64,000 nt of DNA from Acidisarcina sp. Lineage in GTDB: Bacteria; Acidobacteriota; Terriglobia; Terriglobales; Acidobacteriaceae. The position numbers were made by a program, and so were the translations under genes. The number at the start of each line of letters is the position of its first letter. The first letter of the stretch is position 1. The stretch is from assembly GCA_036401395.1 (NCBI GenBank), contig DASWUZ010000123.1, forward strand, positions 3,597-67,596, in the 5' to 3' direction. Below are positions 17,464-27,655 of the stretch, piece after piece. A model generated the notes under the pieces. The model was not told where the DNA came from, made no database searches, and worked only from the letters and a program-made list of their open reading frames with translations.

Positions 17464-17578
17464 AGAAGTTTACGTGGGGAGCGAGGAAAGCGCACCGGGC
17501 TCTTCGTCGCCGGCTATGAGTTCGCCCTCCTTCCGGTGCGGCGGCCGGCACGGTATCCTCGCTCAAGGTGCTCCACCC

Positions 17579-18712
17579 ATGTCCCGGTCTTGTGTTTGTT
17601 ATTTTCGCGCTATCAGCTGGCCACTCCTTACCGAAGTCATTGTGGCCTTCGTCATAATCTTTGCCACAGCCAGGACCGCGCGGCCGCAATCCGAGGAGCC
17701 CAGTCCGCCGTCTCTCACCACAGTACCCACTGCTCCAGCCGGGGCAACCCCGGCTCCCCCGGCATCCAGCTCTTCCCTCAACCAGGTACAACGAATGATA
17801 GACAAGGGCCGGTTCACGGAAGCGCTCAAACAACTCGACCTCATGACCGTGGAACAGCCGATTCCGGCTGGCGTCAAGCGCCTTCAGGGGCAGGCGTACT
17901 ATGCGATGGACCGGTTGACCGAGGCGGAGGCCGCCTTTGCCGCAGCAGCCGCCCAGGACCCGCAAGACGTTGAATCTCTACAGATGCGCGGCCTCGCCCT
18001 ATTCAGATTGGGCAAACCAGCCGATGCCATCCCTTTGCTCCTCAAAGCGCAACAGTGGGGCCCGCAGACCAGGGTCGATCCAAACTATGTGCTCGCCCTT
18101 TGCTACCTGGACACTCGCCGTTACGATGACGCGCGACGCTCATTCGCCGCTCAGTACGGCTTTGAACCCGACTCTGCCCGTTCCTATCTGCTCGCGGCCC
18201 GGATGCTTCTGAGGCGCGACTATGTGCCCATCGCCCAGCAGTATGCCCATAAGGCCATCGAACTCGATCCACAGATCCCGCTGGCGCATGGTCTGCTGGG
18301 CGAAGCGGCGCTCGCAGGCAACCACCTTGACGAAGCAGTAGCCGAGTTTGAGAGCGAACGCGCCCGCAACCCCCTCGAGCCCGGGGTCTATGACCGGCTC
18401 GGGGATGCGTATCTGCGCCTGGGCAACTACGAGACGGCCAGGCAGTTCCTGCAAAGGGCCGTGTTGCTTGAACCCAACGCGACCGGGCCATACATCTTGC
18501 TCGGCAAGACCCTGCTCAAGTTGCAGTCACCCGCAAATGCGCTGCTCTATCTGGAACGTGCAGAGGCAATGGACCAGGGAAACTTCATGACCCATAGCCT
18601 TCTTGGGCAAGCCTATCGCGGTGTAGGCAGGCTGGAAGACGCCACTCGAGAGAACGAAATCTCACAAAAGTTACAGGCTGCTAATCAGCCCAAACTTCAG
18701 GGACTACAGTAG
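17579..18712 (+). CDS. TPR repeat protein with an N-terminal membrane anchor or signal
   Basis: ORF 17456..18712 trimmed to ATG 17579 (MSRSCVCYFRAISWPLLTEVIVAFVIIFATA). Several TPR units follow. Start is uncertain. Confidence 0.7.
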   Translation: MSRSCVCYFRAISWPLLTEVIVAFVIIFATARTARPQSEEPSPPSLTTVPTAPAGATPAPPASSSSLNQVQRMIDKGRFTEALKQLDLMTVEQPIPAGVKRLQGQAYYAMDRLTEAEAAFAAAAAQDPQDVESLQMRGLALFRLGKPADAIPLLLKAQQWGPQTRVDPNYVLALCYLDTRRYDDARRSFAAQYGFEPDSARSYLLAARMLLRRDYVPIAQQYAHKAIELDPQIPLAHGLLGEAALAGNHLDEAVAEFESERARNPLEPGVYDRLGDAYLRLGNYETARQFLQRAVLLEPNATGPYILLGKTLLKLQSPANALLYLERAEAMDQGNFMTHSLLGQAYRGVGRLEDATRENEISQKLQAANQPKLQGLQ

Positions 18713-19118
18713 AACGGCCCGACACAGGCCGGAACCTGCCTCGTAAGTTTGCACTCCCGCCATGCGCCCGAAGTGCAGACCGTGCCCGCTACCGAAGCGC
18801 TTATGGAAGCACCAGACCTTAGCCCACCTATGCTAAGGAATCCAGACATAAAGCCGATATAAGAGCATGGGGTAGGTATGTGCTCTTTGAGTGGCGAAGC
18901 ATGTCTCCTCTAAACGGCGCGTCTGCCGGGGCATCGAGGCAGGTTGTGGTCCGGCCCGGCAAGCCGTCAGACGCTTGCGAAAAACTGCGCCCAAGGGCGG
19001 GGCGGTCTTTCGAACAGTCCGTATGGTTCGCAGGCTCCCGTCATCACTCGAGAGAGAAACAGAGTCATCCACGTTATGGTTGGGCTTTCGAGGGCCTTAA
19101 TCATGGCCGGGTCAAGCC

Positions 19119-21473
19119 ATGAAACGCCGCGCCATCTTCGTCGCTATTCTGCTGGTCACGGCTGCACACGTTGCCATATTGCTACTTTTCCGGTCACCTA
19201 TCCTGCTGTCGAACGCGATTCAAACCCTTCCTCCCCTGATAGCGATGGTGCTGTGTCTGCACGAGGCGGACCACGCGCCGACTCCATATTTCCGCCGCCT
19301 CTGGCAACAACTCAGCTTTGCCTTCCTGATTTGGATCACCGCCCAAATCTGCTACTTCGTCATCCTGCTCAGCGGACACCCACCCGTCTATCCATCGTTC
19401 GCCGACTTTCTTTGGATGGCCTTCGCTTTTCCAATATTCGTTGTCATTTCAAATACCCAGGAGACAACCCAGGATTGGGTGCCGTGGCTCGACATCGGCC
19501 AGGCATGCGTCTCCGTTTCAGTGCTTTATGTACTCATGTTCTCAAGACCTTCGCTGATTTCTGTGGCGCTGGCATACGGCGTTCAAAGCCTTTCTCTTTT
19601 CGTAGCCTCCGCGTTGCGATATCTTGTCGCCACGGGGCGCGAAAAGGACTTTTTCAGGAACCTCACGATCTATCTGGGCATTTATGCGATCTGTTCGGCC
19701 ATTGGAGAGAGCGCCAGCGGCAATGGCTTTCCACCCGGCAGCATTGCAGATGTGCTCTGGACCATCCCTCTAGCCGTCTTCAGTGTTCTCGCCCTTCACT
19801 TCATTCGAGAACGGCGCTCTGCTACGCTGCTGTCTTTCAAGGCGGAGGCCTTCCGAACCAGGCTGCACGGAGTAGGCGCCTTTTCACTGGCCCTGATCTC
19901 CATTGGAGCGGGCGGATTGCTCGCCAGCCACCGGCCGGTTCTCGGTATGCTGGCTCTCGGCGCTGCTTTTGTACTTTTCGCCAGCCGCACGAGTCTGCGC
20001 GAGTCGCAACTCCACGCCGCGCACGCGCGGCTGGAGCGCGCCTCCCTGCACGACTCGCTAACCGGCCTGGCAAATCGAGCGCTGCTGCTGCGCGAGCTCG
20101 CGCGCTGCATTGAGGGCCGCATTCCCACATCGCGGACTACCTTCGCTGTACTCTTCGTGGACCTTGACCGCTTTAAGGTCATCAACGACAGCCTCGGACA
20201 CGCTTACGGCGACCGGCTTCTGATCCAGGCTGCCGGCATAATCCGCGCCTCTATACGCCCACAGGACATCCTCGCCCGGCTGGGCGGAGACGAGTTCGTC
20301 GTCCTCATTGAAGACATCATCGGTGAACAGGAAGCTAAAGACATCGCTCGCGCCGTGATCGACGACCTGCAGACCCCGCTCACTCTAGAGGGTCGAGTTA
20401 CCCACCTTAATGCCAGCATCGGTATAGTGCTGGGAGACCAGGCTTCAAATGGCGACGAACTACTGCGGAACGCGGACTGCGCCATGTATGAAGCGAAGGG
20501 TATGGGAAAAGGAAGAGCGCGCACCTTCGCCCCTGCGATGCTGACTCGCGTCAACGCTGAACTGGCCCTAGAAACAGACCTCAGGCAAGCCCTTAAAGAG
20601 GGAGTAATCTCGGCCTGGTACCAGCCCATCTATTCCCTCTCCGGCGGAAGCATTGACGGCTTTGAGGCGCTCGCGCGCTGGCGTCATCCAGTCCGCGGGC
20701 TGGTTTCCCCGGCTGAATTCATCCCGGTGGCCGAGGACACTGGCCTGATCCTTGAACTCGGCATGCAGGTACTGACCCTGGCCTGCACCCAGGTCCGCAA
20801 CTGGAACTCTCTCCATCATTCCAATTTCAGCGTGAGTGTGAACGTCTCGGCCTCGCAGTTTGCCGATCCGAATCTGCTGGACGATATCCGCAATATCATC
20901 CGCACCACCCGCTTCGACCCCAAGCTCCTCAAGCTTGAGATCACCGAATCTGTGCTGATCAGCGGTCTCGAATCAGTAAAGCAGGTGCTCGAGGGCGCCC
21001 GGACCTCAGGCGTTGAAATCTACCTTGACGACTTTGGTACTGGCTACTCCTCGCTCAGCTATCTGCTCGACTTTCCCTTCGACGCGGTCAAGATCGACCG
21101 GAGTTTCGTACACAACCTGGAAGAGAATCACCGTCAGACCGAAGTTGTGCGGATGATTATCCAATTGGCAGCCAATCTGAACAAGCGCGTCATCGCTGAG
21201 GGAGTCGAAACTCCCGGTGAACTGAAACGGGTTAAGGACCTTGGCTGCGATCTGGTGCAGGGATACCTGTTGGCCAAGCCCATGGACCCCGAAATCATCA
21301 GCGCCGCCCTGGCCCGCGTTCCCACCTTCTCTATCCCGGGGGCACAGAGCGGGCCACGGGTTCTCGCCGCATCCAATAATCCCGGTAGCGCGGGATTCAG
21401 CGCAGCACAAACAGCATCCCTGACCGCGTCGCTTAGCGCCTCCCTGATCGACGATTATCTAGCCATCCCCTAG
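19119..21473 (+). CDS. Membrane-anchored GGDEF-EAL protein (diguanylate cyclase/phosphodiesterase)
   Basis: ORF 784 aa. About 8 predicted TM helices in the first 280 aa or so. GGDEF domain (DSLTGLANR, RLGGDEFVV). EAL domain (FEALARW, DDFGTGYSSL, KIDRSF, EGVET, QGYL). Confidence 0.9.
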   Translation: MKRRAIFVAILLVTAAHVAILLLFRSPILLSNAIQTLPPLIAMVLCLHEADHAPTPYFRRLWQQLSFAFLIWITAQICYFVILLSGHPPVYPSFADFLWMAFAFPIFVVISNTQETTQDWVPWLDIGQACVSVSVLYVLMFSRPSLISVALAYGVQSLSLFVASALRYLVATGREKDFFRNLTIYLGIYAICSAIGESASGNGFPPGSIADVLWTIPLAVFSVLALHFIRERRSATLLSFKAEAFRTRLHGVGAFSLALISIGAGGLLASHRPVLGMLALGAAFVLFASRTSLRESQLHAAHARLERASLHDSLTGLANRALLLRELARCIEGRIPTSRTTFAVLFVDLDRFKVINDSLGHAYGDRLLIQAAGIIRASIRPQDILARLGGDEFVVLIEDIIGEQEAKDIARAVIDDLQTPLTLEGRVTHLNASIGIVLGDQASNGDELLRNADCAMYEAKGMGKGRARTFAPAMLTRVNAELALETDLRQALKEGVISAWYQPIYSLSGGSIDGFEALARWRHPVRGLVSPAEFIPVAEDTGLILELGMQVLTLACTQVRNWNSLHHSNFSVSVNVSASQFADPNLLDDIRNIIRTTRFDPKLLKLEITESVLISGLESVKQVLEGARTSGVEIYLDDFGTGYSSLSYLLDFPFDAVKIDRSFVHNLEENHRQTEVVRMIIQLAANLNKRVIAEGVETPGELKRVKDLGCDLVQGYLLAKPMDPEIISAALARVPTFSIPGAQSGPRVLAASNNPGSAGFSAAQTASLTASLSASLIDDYLAIP

Positions 21474-21512
21474 CCATCGCCCGCCTCCTCATGTAGTATT
21501 TAGAACTAACGT

Positions 21513-22334
21513 ATGAAACGAACGTTTGATTACAGGACTGAGGCTGCCTTCTCTTCAAACGAGGCGATCACAACGAGTGCTTCTCCGGCGCCGTCCCTGG
21601 ATTCAATCGACGCCCGGCAACGACTGTTGCTAGCTGCGCTGGACCTCTTCGGCACGCGCGGATTTAGCGAAACCAGCATCCGTGAGCTCGCGTTGGCTGC
21701 CAATGTCAACCTCGCGGCGGTCAATTACTACTTCGGGAGTAAGGAAAACCTCCACATGGAGGCCCTCCGTTACGGCTTCGCCCCAACCACCGATATCGCC
21801 TCGCAGCTCGCATCCTTACGCGACGATGCGCACGCAGCGGGCACCACAGAAGCAGCCGAAGAGGCCCTCCGCCGCTACGTGGAGATCTTCCTCAGCCAGG
21901 TACTCGCCGAAAACCATAAGCACTGGAATATGGTCCTGCGTGAGCAGTTGACCCCGGGGCCCGCCTTCGAGATGGTCATGAAAGACTACCTTGAACCTCT
22001 TGGCAGAGGCCTGTATGGGATCGTCGCACTCCTTTTACCAGGCGTCTCTGGGCGCACTTGCGGCCTTTGCGTTCGCAGCATCATCGGGCAATGCGTCCAC
22101 CTTAGATACGCAATCGGTATCGCGCACTACTTCAACCGGCATTCGAGCCTGAGCGATAAACCGCCGTTCCGCGAGCCTTCCTTCATAGGTGAATCCTCCG
22201 AGCACATCTCGGAATTTTCCATCCAGGCGCTTCGCGGTATGCGCTCCGAATACAAGGAGCAGTCCGCTAAAACGGTCCGTACTAAAGCGGTCGGGAAAGA
22301 CAAGACCTCGTCTCAACCAGCCGCAAGGAAATAG
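21513..22334 (+). CDS. TetR/AcrR-family transcriptional regulator
   Basis: ORF 273 aa. N-terminal HTH FGTRGFSETSIRELALAANVNLAAVNYYFGSKENL. Confidence 0.85.
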   Translation: MKRTFDYRTEAAFSSNEAITTSASPAPSLDSIDARQRLLLAALDLFGTRGFSETSIRELALAANVNLAAVNYYFGSKENLHMEALRYGFAPTTDIASQLASLRDDAHAAGTTEAAEEALRRYVEIFLSQVLAENHKHWNMVLREQLTPGPAFEMVMKDYLEPLGRGLYGIVALLLPGVSGRTCGLCVRSIIGQCVHLRYAIGIAHYFNRHSSLSDKPPFREPSFIGESSEHISEFSIQALRGMRSEYKEQSAKTVRTKAVGKDKTSSQPAARK

Positions 22335-22341
22335 GAGTGCA

Positions 22342-23466
22342 ATGTTCCGCGTAGCAGTCAAGATGCTTATGGGAGACCGGTCGAAATATCTCACGCTGGT
22401 GAGCAGCCTGATGGTCGTGTCCTTCCTGTTCCTGCAGCAGGGATCGATCTTCTGCGGCCTGATGCTGCGCACCGCGCGGGCGGTCGAGGTCGTAGGCGCG
22501 CCCATCTGGGTCACCGATCCGCAACTGCGCAGTGTCGACGAGAGTAAACCCCTCCTCGACACGGACCTGCAGCGCGTGCGCAGCGTGCATGGGGTGAAGT
22601 GGGCCGTCCCCCTGCTGCTACAGCTCGTCTCCGTCCATCTGCCAGACGGAAACTTCCAAACCGTACGTCTCTTCGGACTCGACAATGACACCTTTTTTGG
22701 TCGCCCAAAGATGCTCTCCGGCAGCAGTAATTTGCTCACCCAGGACCAGGCCGTCATCATCGGCAATGCGGAAAAGGAAAAGCTCAATAACCCCAAACCC
22801 GGGGACATCCTGGAGATGAACGACACCCAGGCGCGGGTCGTCGGCATCGCCGATGTGCCTCGCGATTTCTTCTCCTACCCGTTCGTCTACGCCGCCTATG
22901 ACCGCGCGCTGCAGTACGCGCCGCAGCAGCGCAAGCAGATGAATTACGTGCTGGCAGCGCCAGTGGACGGCGTCCCCATCGATCAGGTCACCCGTAACAT
23001 TCAGAAGACGACAGGGCTCACGGCCTATACCGAAACGCAATTCCGCTGGCTCACCATCGGCTACTACTTCAAAAACACCGGTATCCCTATCAGCATCGGA
23101 ATCTCGCTCGCCATGGTCTTTCTCGTGGGCATGTCGATTGTTGGGCAGACCTTCTATCAATTCGCGCTCCAGAACGAGCGGTACTTTGGCGCACTCAAAG
23201 CGATGGGCACGAACTCGCTTACCCTGACCAAAATGATCCTGCTCCAGGCCCTTATCGTCGGGTTGGTCGGCTTTGGCTCCGGCGCGGGATTGGGCGGCAT
23301 CTTCGGCCTACTTGCCGGGGGACAAGACAGCAAGATCGCCTTCGCGACCCCTTGGCCACTGCTTGTCTTCAGCTTCGTGCTTATCATGGCGATCTGCCTG
23401 CTGTCGGCGCTGATCAGCATTCAAAAAGTTGTAAGACTCGAACCTGCGGTGGTCTTCCGTGGCTGA
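22342..23466 (+). CDS. ABC exporter permease (FtsX/DevC-like)
   Basis: ORF 22189..23466 trimmed to ATG 22342, with AGGAG at 22333-22337. N-terminal TM, a large periplasmic domain, then C-terminal FtsX-type TMs (ALKAMGTNSLTLTKMILLQALIVGLVG). Confidence 0.8.
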   Translation: MFRVAVKMLMGDRSKYLTLVSSLMVVSFLFLQQGSIFCGLMLRTARAVEVVGAPIWVTDPQLRSVDESKPLLDTDLQRVRSVHGVKWAVPLLLQLVSVHLPDGNFQTVRLFGLDNDTFFGRPKMLSGSSNLLTQDQAVIIGNAEKEKLNNPKPGDILEMNDTQARVVGIADVPRDFFSYPFVYAAYDRALQYAPQQRKQMNYVLAAPVDGVPIDQVTRNIQKTTGLTAYTETQFRWLTIGYYFKNTGIPISIGISLAMVFLVGMSIVGQTFYQFALQNERYFGALKAMGTNSLTLTKMILLQALIVGLVGFGSGAGLGGIFGLLAGGQDSKIAFATPWPLLVFSFVLIMAICLLSALISIQKVVRLEPAVVFRG

Positions 23467-24235
23467 CCTCATCAAAACTGACTACTTACCAGACGCAAAC
23501 TGTGGCGGTCCGGACAGCAATGTAGTTGCCTGCCTGCGCGGTGTGACCAAACGCTTCGGGGTCGGCAGCACCGAAGTGCGCGCGCTCGACCAGGTCGACT
23601 TCGAAGTCCGCAAAGGGGAACTGCTGCTGCTCGTCGGCCCCTCCGGTTGCGGCAAGACCACTCTGCTCAGCGTACTTGCCGGAATTCTCGACGCCAGCGA
23701 CGGCGAGATTGAAGCGTTCGGCGTGCGGGTAGACAAGCTCGATCAGGCTGGCAAGACCGCCTTTCGCCGCGAAAATATCGGCTTCATCTTTCAGCAATAC
23801 AACCTGCTGCCAACCCTTACCGCCGCAGAAAATGTGGCTATTCCGCTCCTCATTCACAAGCAGCCCTATGATGAAGCGCTCGACCGTGCGCGCCTCTACC
23901 TCGACAAGGTGGGACTCACGGACCGTGCCGACTTCCTGCCTGCGACTCTATCTGGCGGACAGCAGCAGCGCGTCGCCATCGCCCGCGCCCTCGTTACCGA
24001 ACCCCGCCTCATCGTCTGCGATGAACCCACCGCCGCGCTCGACGGCGAGACCGGCCAGATGGTGCTCAAAATGTTTCGCTCCACCGCGCTGATCGGCGAC
24101 CGCTCGATCGTGGTAGTCACCCACGATAGCCGCATCTTTCCTTTTGGCGACCGCATCGCCGAGATGCTCGACGGCCACATTCTCTCCATTCACGAAAATG
24201 AATTCGCAGCCTTCCACGGACATCCTCCCGCATGA
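23459..24235 (+). CDS. ABC transporter ATP-binding protein (MacB/LolD/DevA-like)
   Basis: Walker A GPSGCGKTT. Signature LSGGQQQRVAIARAL. Walker B LIVCDEPT. GTG start overlaps the permease stop. Confidence 0.9.
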   Translation: MADLIKTDYLPDANCGGPDSNVVACLRGVTKRFGVGSTEVRALDQVDFEVRKGELLLLVGPSGCGKTTLLSVLAGILDASDGEIEAFGVRVDKLDQAGKTAFRRENIGFIFQQYNLLPTLTAAENVAIPLLIHKQPYDEALDRARLYLDKVGLTDRADFLPATLSGGQQQRVAIARALVTEPRLIVCDEPTAALDGETGQMVLKMFRSTALIGDRSIVVVTHDSRIFPFGDRIAEMLDGHILSIHENEFAAFHGHPPA

Positions 24236-24266
24236 GACAGACCCCAACTGAACACAGAGGCGTCAG

Positions 24267-25325
24267 ATGCCAATGACAAGAAAACTGAGCATTTTAATTC
24301 CCATCATCGGACTCGCGATCGTGATCGTGTGGGTCGTCGTCTCCGGGCGCAAAGTGCAGCACGTGGCTGCCCTCGCCAGCCCGCCCGTTTCGCCTTACGA
24401 AAACGCTATTGCCGCCACGGGCATCGTCGAGGCGTCGAATCGCAATTACAATCTCGCGCCGCCAGTATCCGGTCAGCTGACCGCCATCTATGTGAAGGAA
24501 GGCGACACCGTCCATCGCGGCGACAAGCTCTACTCCATCGACAGCCGTCCCCAGCGGTCGGCGGTCGAAACCGCCGACGCCAACGTGGCTAAGTCCCGCG
24601 CCGAAGTCAATACGGCAAAATCCTCCGTGGGAATTCAAGAGGCAAATCTCAACAGCGCGAAAGCAGCCATCGAGACCGCCCGCGCGACTTATGAAGACGC
24701 AAAGCAGATCGCGGAGCGAGACGAAGGTCTCCACAAGGAAGGCATCATCTCGGAGCAGCAGTACACCACCAGCATCAAGGCGCGGGACGCCGACCTAGCG
24801 CGGTGGCAGCAGGCCATCGCGCAGGAACGCCAGGCCGAGGCGCAGCTGGTCAACGCCCGGTCGCAGGTCGGCGAACAGCAGGCCAATCTGCAATCCTCTG
24901 TCGCGACTCGCAACCAGCAGGGAGCGGTGCTCGACCAACTCACCGTCCGCGCCCCGGCTGACGGCAAAATACTGCAAGTCAATAATCGCGTCGGAGAATT
25001 TTTATCGAGTACCGCCGGTACCTCGCCGGTGCTTTTCGGCGACACCGACTCCCTGATGGTGCGCGTGGATGTCGACGAGATTAACGCCTCCCACGTGCGA
25101 CCTGGCAGCGACGCTATCGCCACGTTGAAGGGCGACTCGACCCGCAGCTTCCCCCTGCAGTTCGTTCACATCGTGCCCTACATGGTTCCGAAACAAAACC
25201 TCACCGGGCAAAATTCCGAGCGCGTTGATGTGCGGGTGCTGCAGATGGAGTTTCGATTCACCCCTCCCTCCTTCCCGGTCTATGTTGGCCAGCAAGTTGA
25301 TGTGTTTATCCAGTCGCCGCATTAA
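24267..25325 (+). CDS. HlyD-family periplasmic adaptor (membrane fusion) protein
   Basis: ORF 352 aa with an N-terminal TM. Lipoyl-like hairpin (GQLTAIYVKEGDTVHRGDKLYSID). Long coiled-coil. Beta-barrel C-terminus. Confidence 0.85.
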   Translation: MPMTRKLSILIPIIGLAIVIVWVVVSGRKVQHVAALASPPVSPYENAIAATGIVEASNRNYNLAPPVSGQLTAIYVKEGDTVHRGDKLYSIDSRPQRSAVETADANVAKSRAEVNTAKSSVGIQEANLNSAKAAIETARATYEDAKQIAERDEGLHKEGIISEQQYTTSIKARDADLARWQQAIAQERQAEAQLVNARSQVGEQQANLQSSVATRNQQGAVLDQLTVRAPADGKILQVNNRVGEFLSSTAGTSPVLFGDTDSLMVRVDVDEINASHVRPGSDAIATLKGDSTRSFPLQFVHIVPYMVPKQNLTGQNSERVDVRVLQMEFRFTPPSFPVYVGQQVDVFIQSPH

Positions 25326-25380
25326 TTTCGAGCAACGCGCCCGCGCCAACTTGCCGTCCGCCGCATTATGATTGCTATCG

Positions 25381-26325
25381 ATGAATTACTACCTGGGACT
25401 TGACGCGGGCGGCACCAAAACAACCTGTGCACTCGCCGACGAGACGGGCATCCTCGCTCGTGGTGAAGCAGCAACCATCAAGCCCACACGATCTGCGCAT
25501 GAGGAGTCGGACAAGGTGCTCGGCGAACTGCTCGCCACGGTCTCGACGCGGGCAGGTGTTCCCCTCGACCAGATCGCCTCTACCTGCATGGGCATCGCCG
25601 GACTGCGACTGCACGGCACTCGTCAATGGATTGAGGCGCTGCTGGGCGGTGCGGTGAGTGGCAAGGTGGCTGTCTGCGGCGATGAAGAGATCGCGCTCGA
25701 CGCCGCTTTTCCCGGCGGAGCGGGCGTGCTGATCGTCGCAGGAACGGGCTCGAACATTATCGGCCGCAGCCGCAACGGGCAAACGTTTCAGGTCGGCGGA
25801 TGGGGCCCTGCAATCGGCGACGAGGGTTCAGGGTTTTGGATCGGCCGCCGCGCCTTGAATGCGGCCTGCAACGCTTATGATCGTGGGCAGCCCACGCAGT
25901 TGTTGGACCGCTTTATGCACCACTGGTCCGCACCGACCATGAGCGACATGGTTACTATTGCGAACCAGCGGCCTGGTCCGGATTTTTCGTTGCTCGCGCC
26001 CTTGGTCGTTGAGGCGGCAGGGCAAGGAGACCCAGTCGCGCTCCGCGTGCTGAACGAGGCTGGACGATTGCTGGCGGAGGCCGCGCTGATCGCTTATCGC
26101 AAGGCGCAGGTGGCAGAGGAAGACTCAGATGTCCTGGACCCGTTACTCGACGCGCCGCGGCCATGCATAGCTTTCACGGGAGGCATTTTGCGCCACGCTA
26201 CCCAGGTTCGCCGCGGAATGATCGCGGCGCTGAGAGGCTTTCTGCCTACGGTGAAGATTGTCGAAGAGCCTGTTGACCCGGTCGACGGGGCGATATGGCG
26301 TGCCCGCCGCGCGCTTAAGGTTTAG
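25381..26325 (+). CDS. BadF/BadG/BcrA/BcrD-type ATPase, N-acetylglucosamine kinase-like
   Basis: ORF 25372..26325; ATG 25381 preferred. ASKHA phosphate-1 motif LGLDAGGTKT. GTGSN motif. Convergent with nagA. Confidence 0.75.
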   Translation: MNYYLGLDAGGTKTTCALADETGILARGEAATIKPTRSAHEESDKVLGELLATVSTRAGVPLDQIASTCMGIAGLRLHGTRQWIEALLGGAVSGKVAVCGDEEIALDAAFPGGAGVLIVAGTGSNIIGRSRNGQTFQVGGWGPAIGDEGSGFWIGRRALNAACNAYDRGQPTQLLDRFMHHWSAPTMSDMVTIANQRPGPDFSLLAPLVVEAAGQGDPVALRVLNEAGRLLAEAALIAYRKAQVAEEDSDVLDPLLDAPRPCIAFTGGILRHATQVRRGMIAALRGFLPTVKIVEEPVDPVDGAIWRARRALKV

Positions 26326-26328
26326 CGC

Positions 26329-27501
26329 TCACGCTCGAAATGCGATTCGTCCGTTGACGAGGGTCGCGACCACTTCTCCGCCATCCGACAACACGACGAC
26401 ATCCGCATCGCGACCTACGGCAATCGAACCGATGCGGTCATCGAGGCCGGTCATCCGCGCCGGGTTCCTCGCCGCAAGGGTGCCTACAGTCTCAAGCGAA
26501 GCTCCCGTAAACTCGCGGAAATTTCTGATCGCTCGATCCATCGTCAAAGTGCTGCCGGCGAGTGCGCCATCCAACCGGCAAACTCCGCCGCTCACTTCAA
26601 CATCCAGGCCGCCGAGCTTGTAGACACCATCCGGCATCCCGGTCGCGCTCATCGCGTCGGTGACGAGCATCGCGCGCTCTGGGCCCTTTGCGTTCCAGAA
26701 AAGGCGCACCATCTCGGGCGCGACATGCAAGCCATCGCAGATGATCTCCGCAAATAAGCTGTCGTCATCGAGCACCACTCCCGCGATCCCGGACTCGCGA
26801 TGGTTGAGCGCACGCATCGCGTTGAAGGTATGCGTGGCGCTGGTCGCTCCCGCGTCAATGCCCGTACGAGTCTGAGCGGCGGTGGCGTCGCTGTGCCCGA
26901 GGCTTACGCGAACTCCGACACTTACCGCACGTGCGATCACCTCGGCGGCCTCGGGCAATTCCGGCGCGATGGTCATCAGCCTGATGTGCCCTTCAGAGGC
27001 CTGCCAGAGCCGATCAAATTTTTCGACTGAAGGCGCTTGCAGCAACTCCGGTGGATGCACGCCGCGTTTCACATGAGAAAGAAACGGCCCTTCGAGGTGA
27101 ATGCCTACGGCGCGGGTGCCTTCAGTAGGTCTGGCCATCAACTGCGCCATCTCGCCGAGTGCTCTCAGGGTGTCGTCCATTGACGCCGTGACTGTCGTGG
27201 CGAGAAATGCGCCCACTCCATGCGTAGCCAGGAACCGGCCCACTGTCTCAAACGACGCCGCAGTTCCCTCCATCACGTCGTGCCCCGCGCATCCATGAAT
27301 ATGCACATCGAAGAATGCAGGCAACAGCGTGCATCCGGGAAAGTCCAGCACCTCATCGCCGGGCCGCATAGTGAACTCCGCCCGTGCAGATACTTCGCTG
27401 ATCACGCCGTCTTCAATCGCAATCACCGGGGCCGCAACCGGCTCGTGGGGCATGGCAGCGCAGCCGTTCGAGATCTGATCGGCGATCAACACGGTCCTCA
27501 T
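26329..27501 (-). CDS. nagA: N-acetylglucosamine-6-phosphate deacetylase
   Basis: ORF 390 aa. Amidohydrolase metal motifs DVHIHG, HLEGPF, GHSDAT, THTFNAM, VTDAMSATG. Confidence 0.9.
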   Translation of the reverse strand: MRTVLIADQISNGCAAMPHEPVAAPVIAIEDGVISEVSARAEFTMRPGDEVLDFPGCTLLPAFFDVHIHGCAGHDVMEGTAASFETVGRFLATHGVGAFLATTVTASMDDTLRALGEMAQLMARPTEGTRAVGIHLEGPFLSHVKRGVHPPELLQAPSVEKFDRLWQASEGHIRLMTIAPELPEAAEVIARAVSVGVRVSLGHSDATAAQTRTGIDAGATSATHTFNAMRALNHRESGIAGVVLDDDSLFAEIICDGLHVAPEMVRLFWNAKGPERAMLVTDAMSATGMPDGVYKLGGLDVEVSGGVCRLDGALAGSTLTMDRAIRNFREFTGASLETVGTLAARNPARMTGLDDRIGSIAVGRDADVVVLSDGGEVVATLVNGRIAFRA

Positions 27502-27655
27502 TATTTCCGGAGCTCCATTCGCTTCTGCCTCGATCTTTGCTTGCGCCTAAATTTGCGCGGCACTGATAAGTAACGACTTCTGTTACATATAACCGCGAAC
27601 GCAGTGAAAGGGCCGTCTGGCGCGCGCCTCAGTCTACCATCTAGACTGAGGCCTC

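Noticed and set aside
18713-19118. Possible c-di-GMP riboswitch in the 400-nt leader of the GGDEF-EAL gene
   Set aside because: I could not find the conserved GEMM-type helices or tetraloop-receptor sequence by eye. A covariance-model scan would be needed.
18944-20113. 389-aa alternative-frame ORF overlapping the GGDEF-EAL gene and its leader
   Set aside because: Same strand, different frame from a gene with clear TM, GGDEF and EAL content. Its composition is typical of off-frame GC-rich translation.
22189-22341. 51-codon N-terminal extension of the ABC permease ORF
   Set aside because: It overlaps the TetR gene's 3' end. ATG 22342 has an AGGAG RBS and starts directly with the expected N-terminal TM segment.
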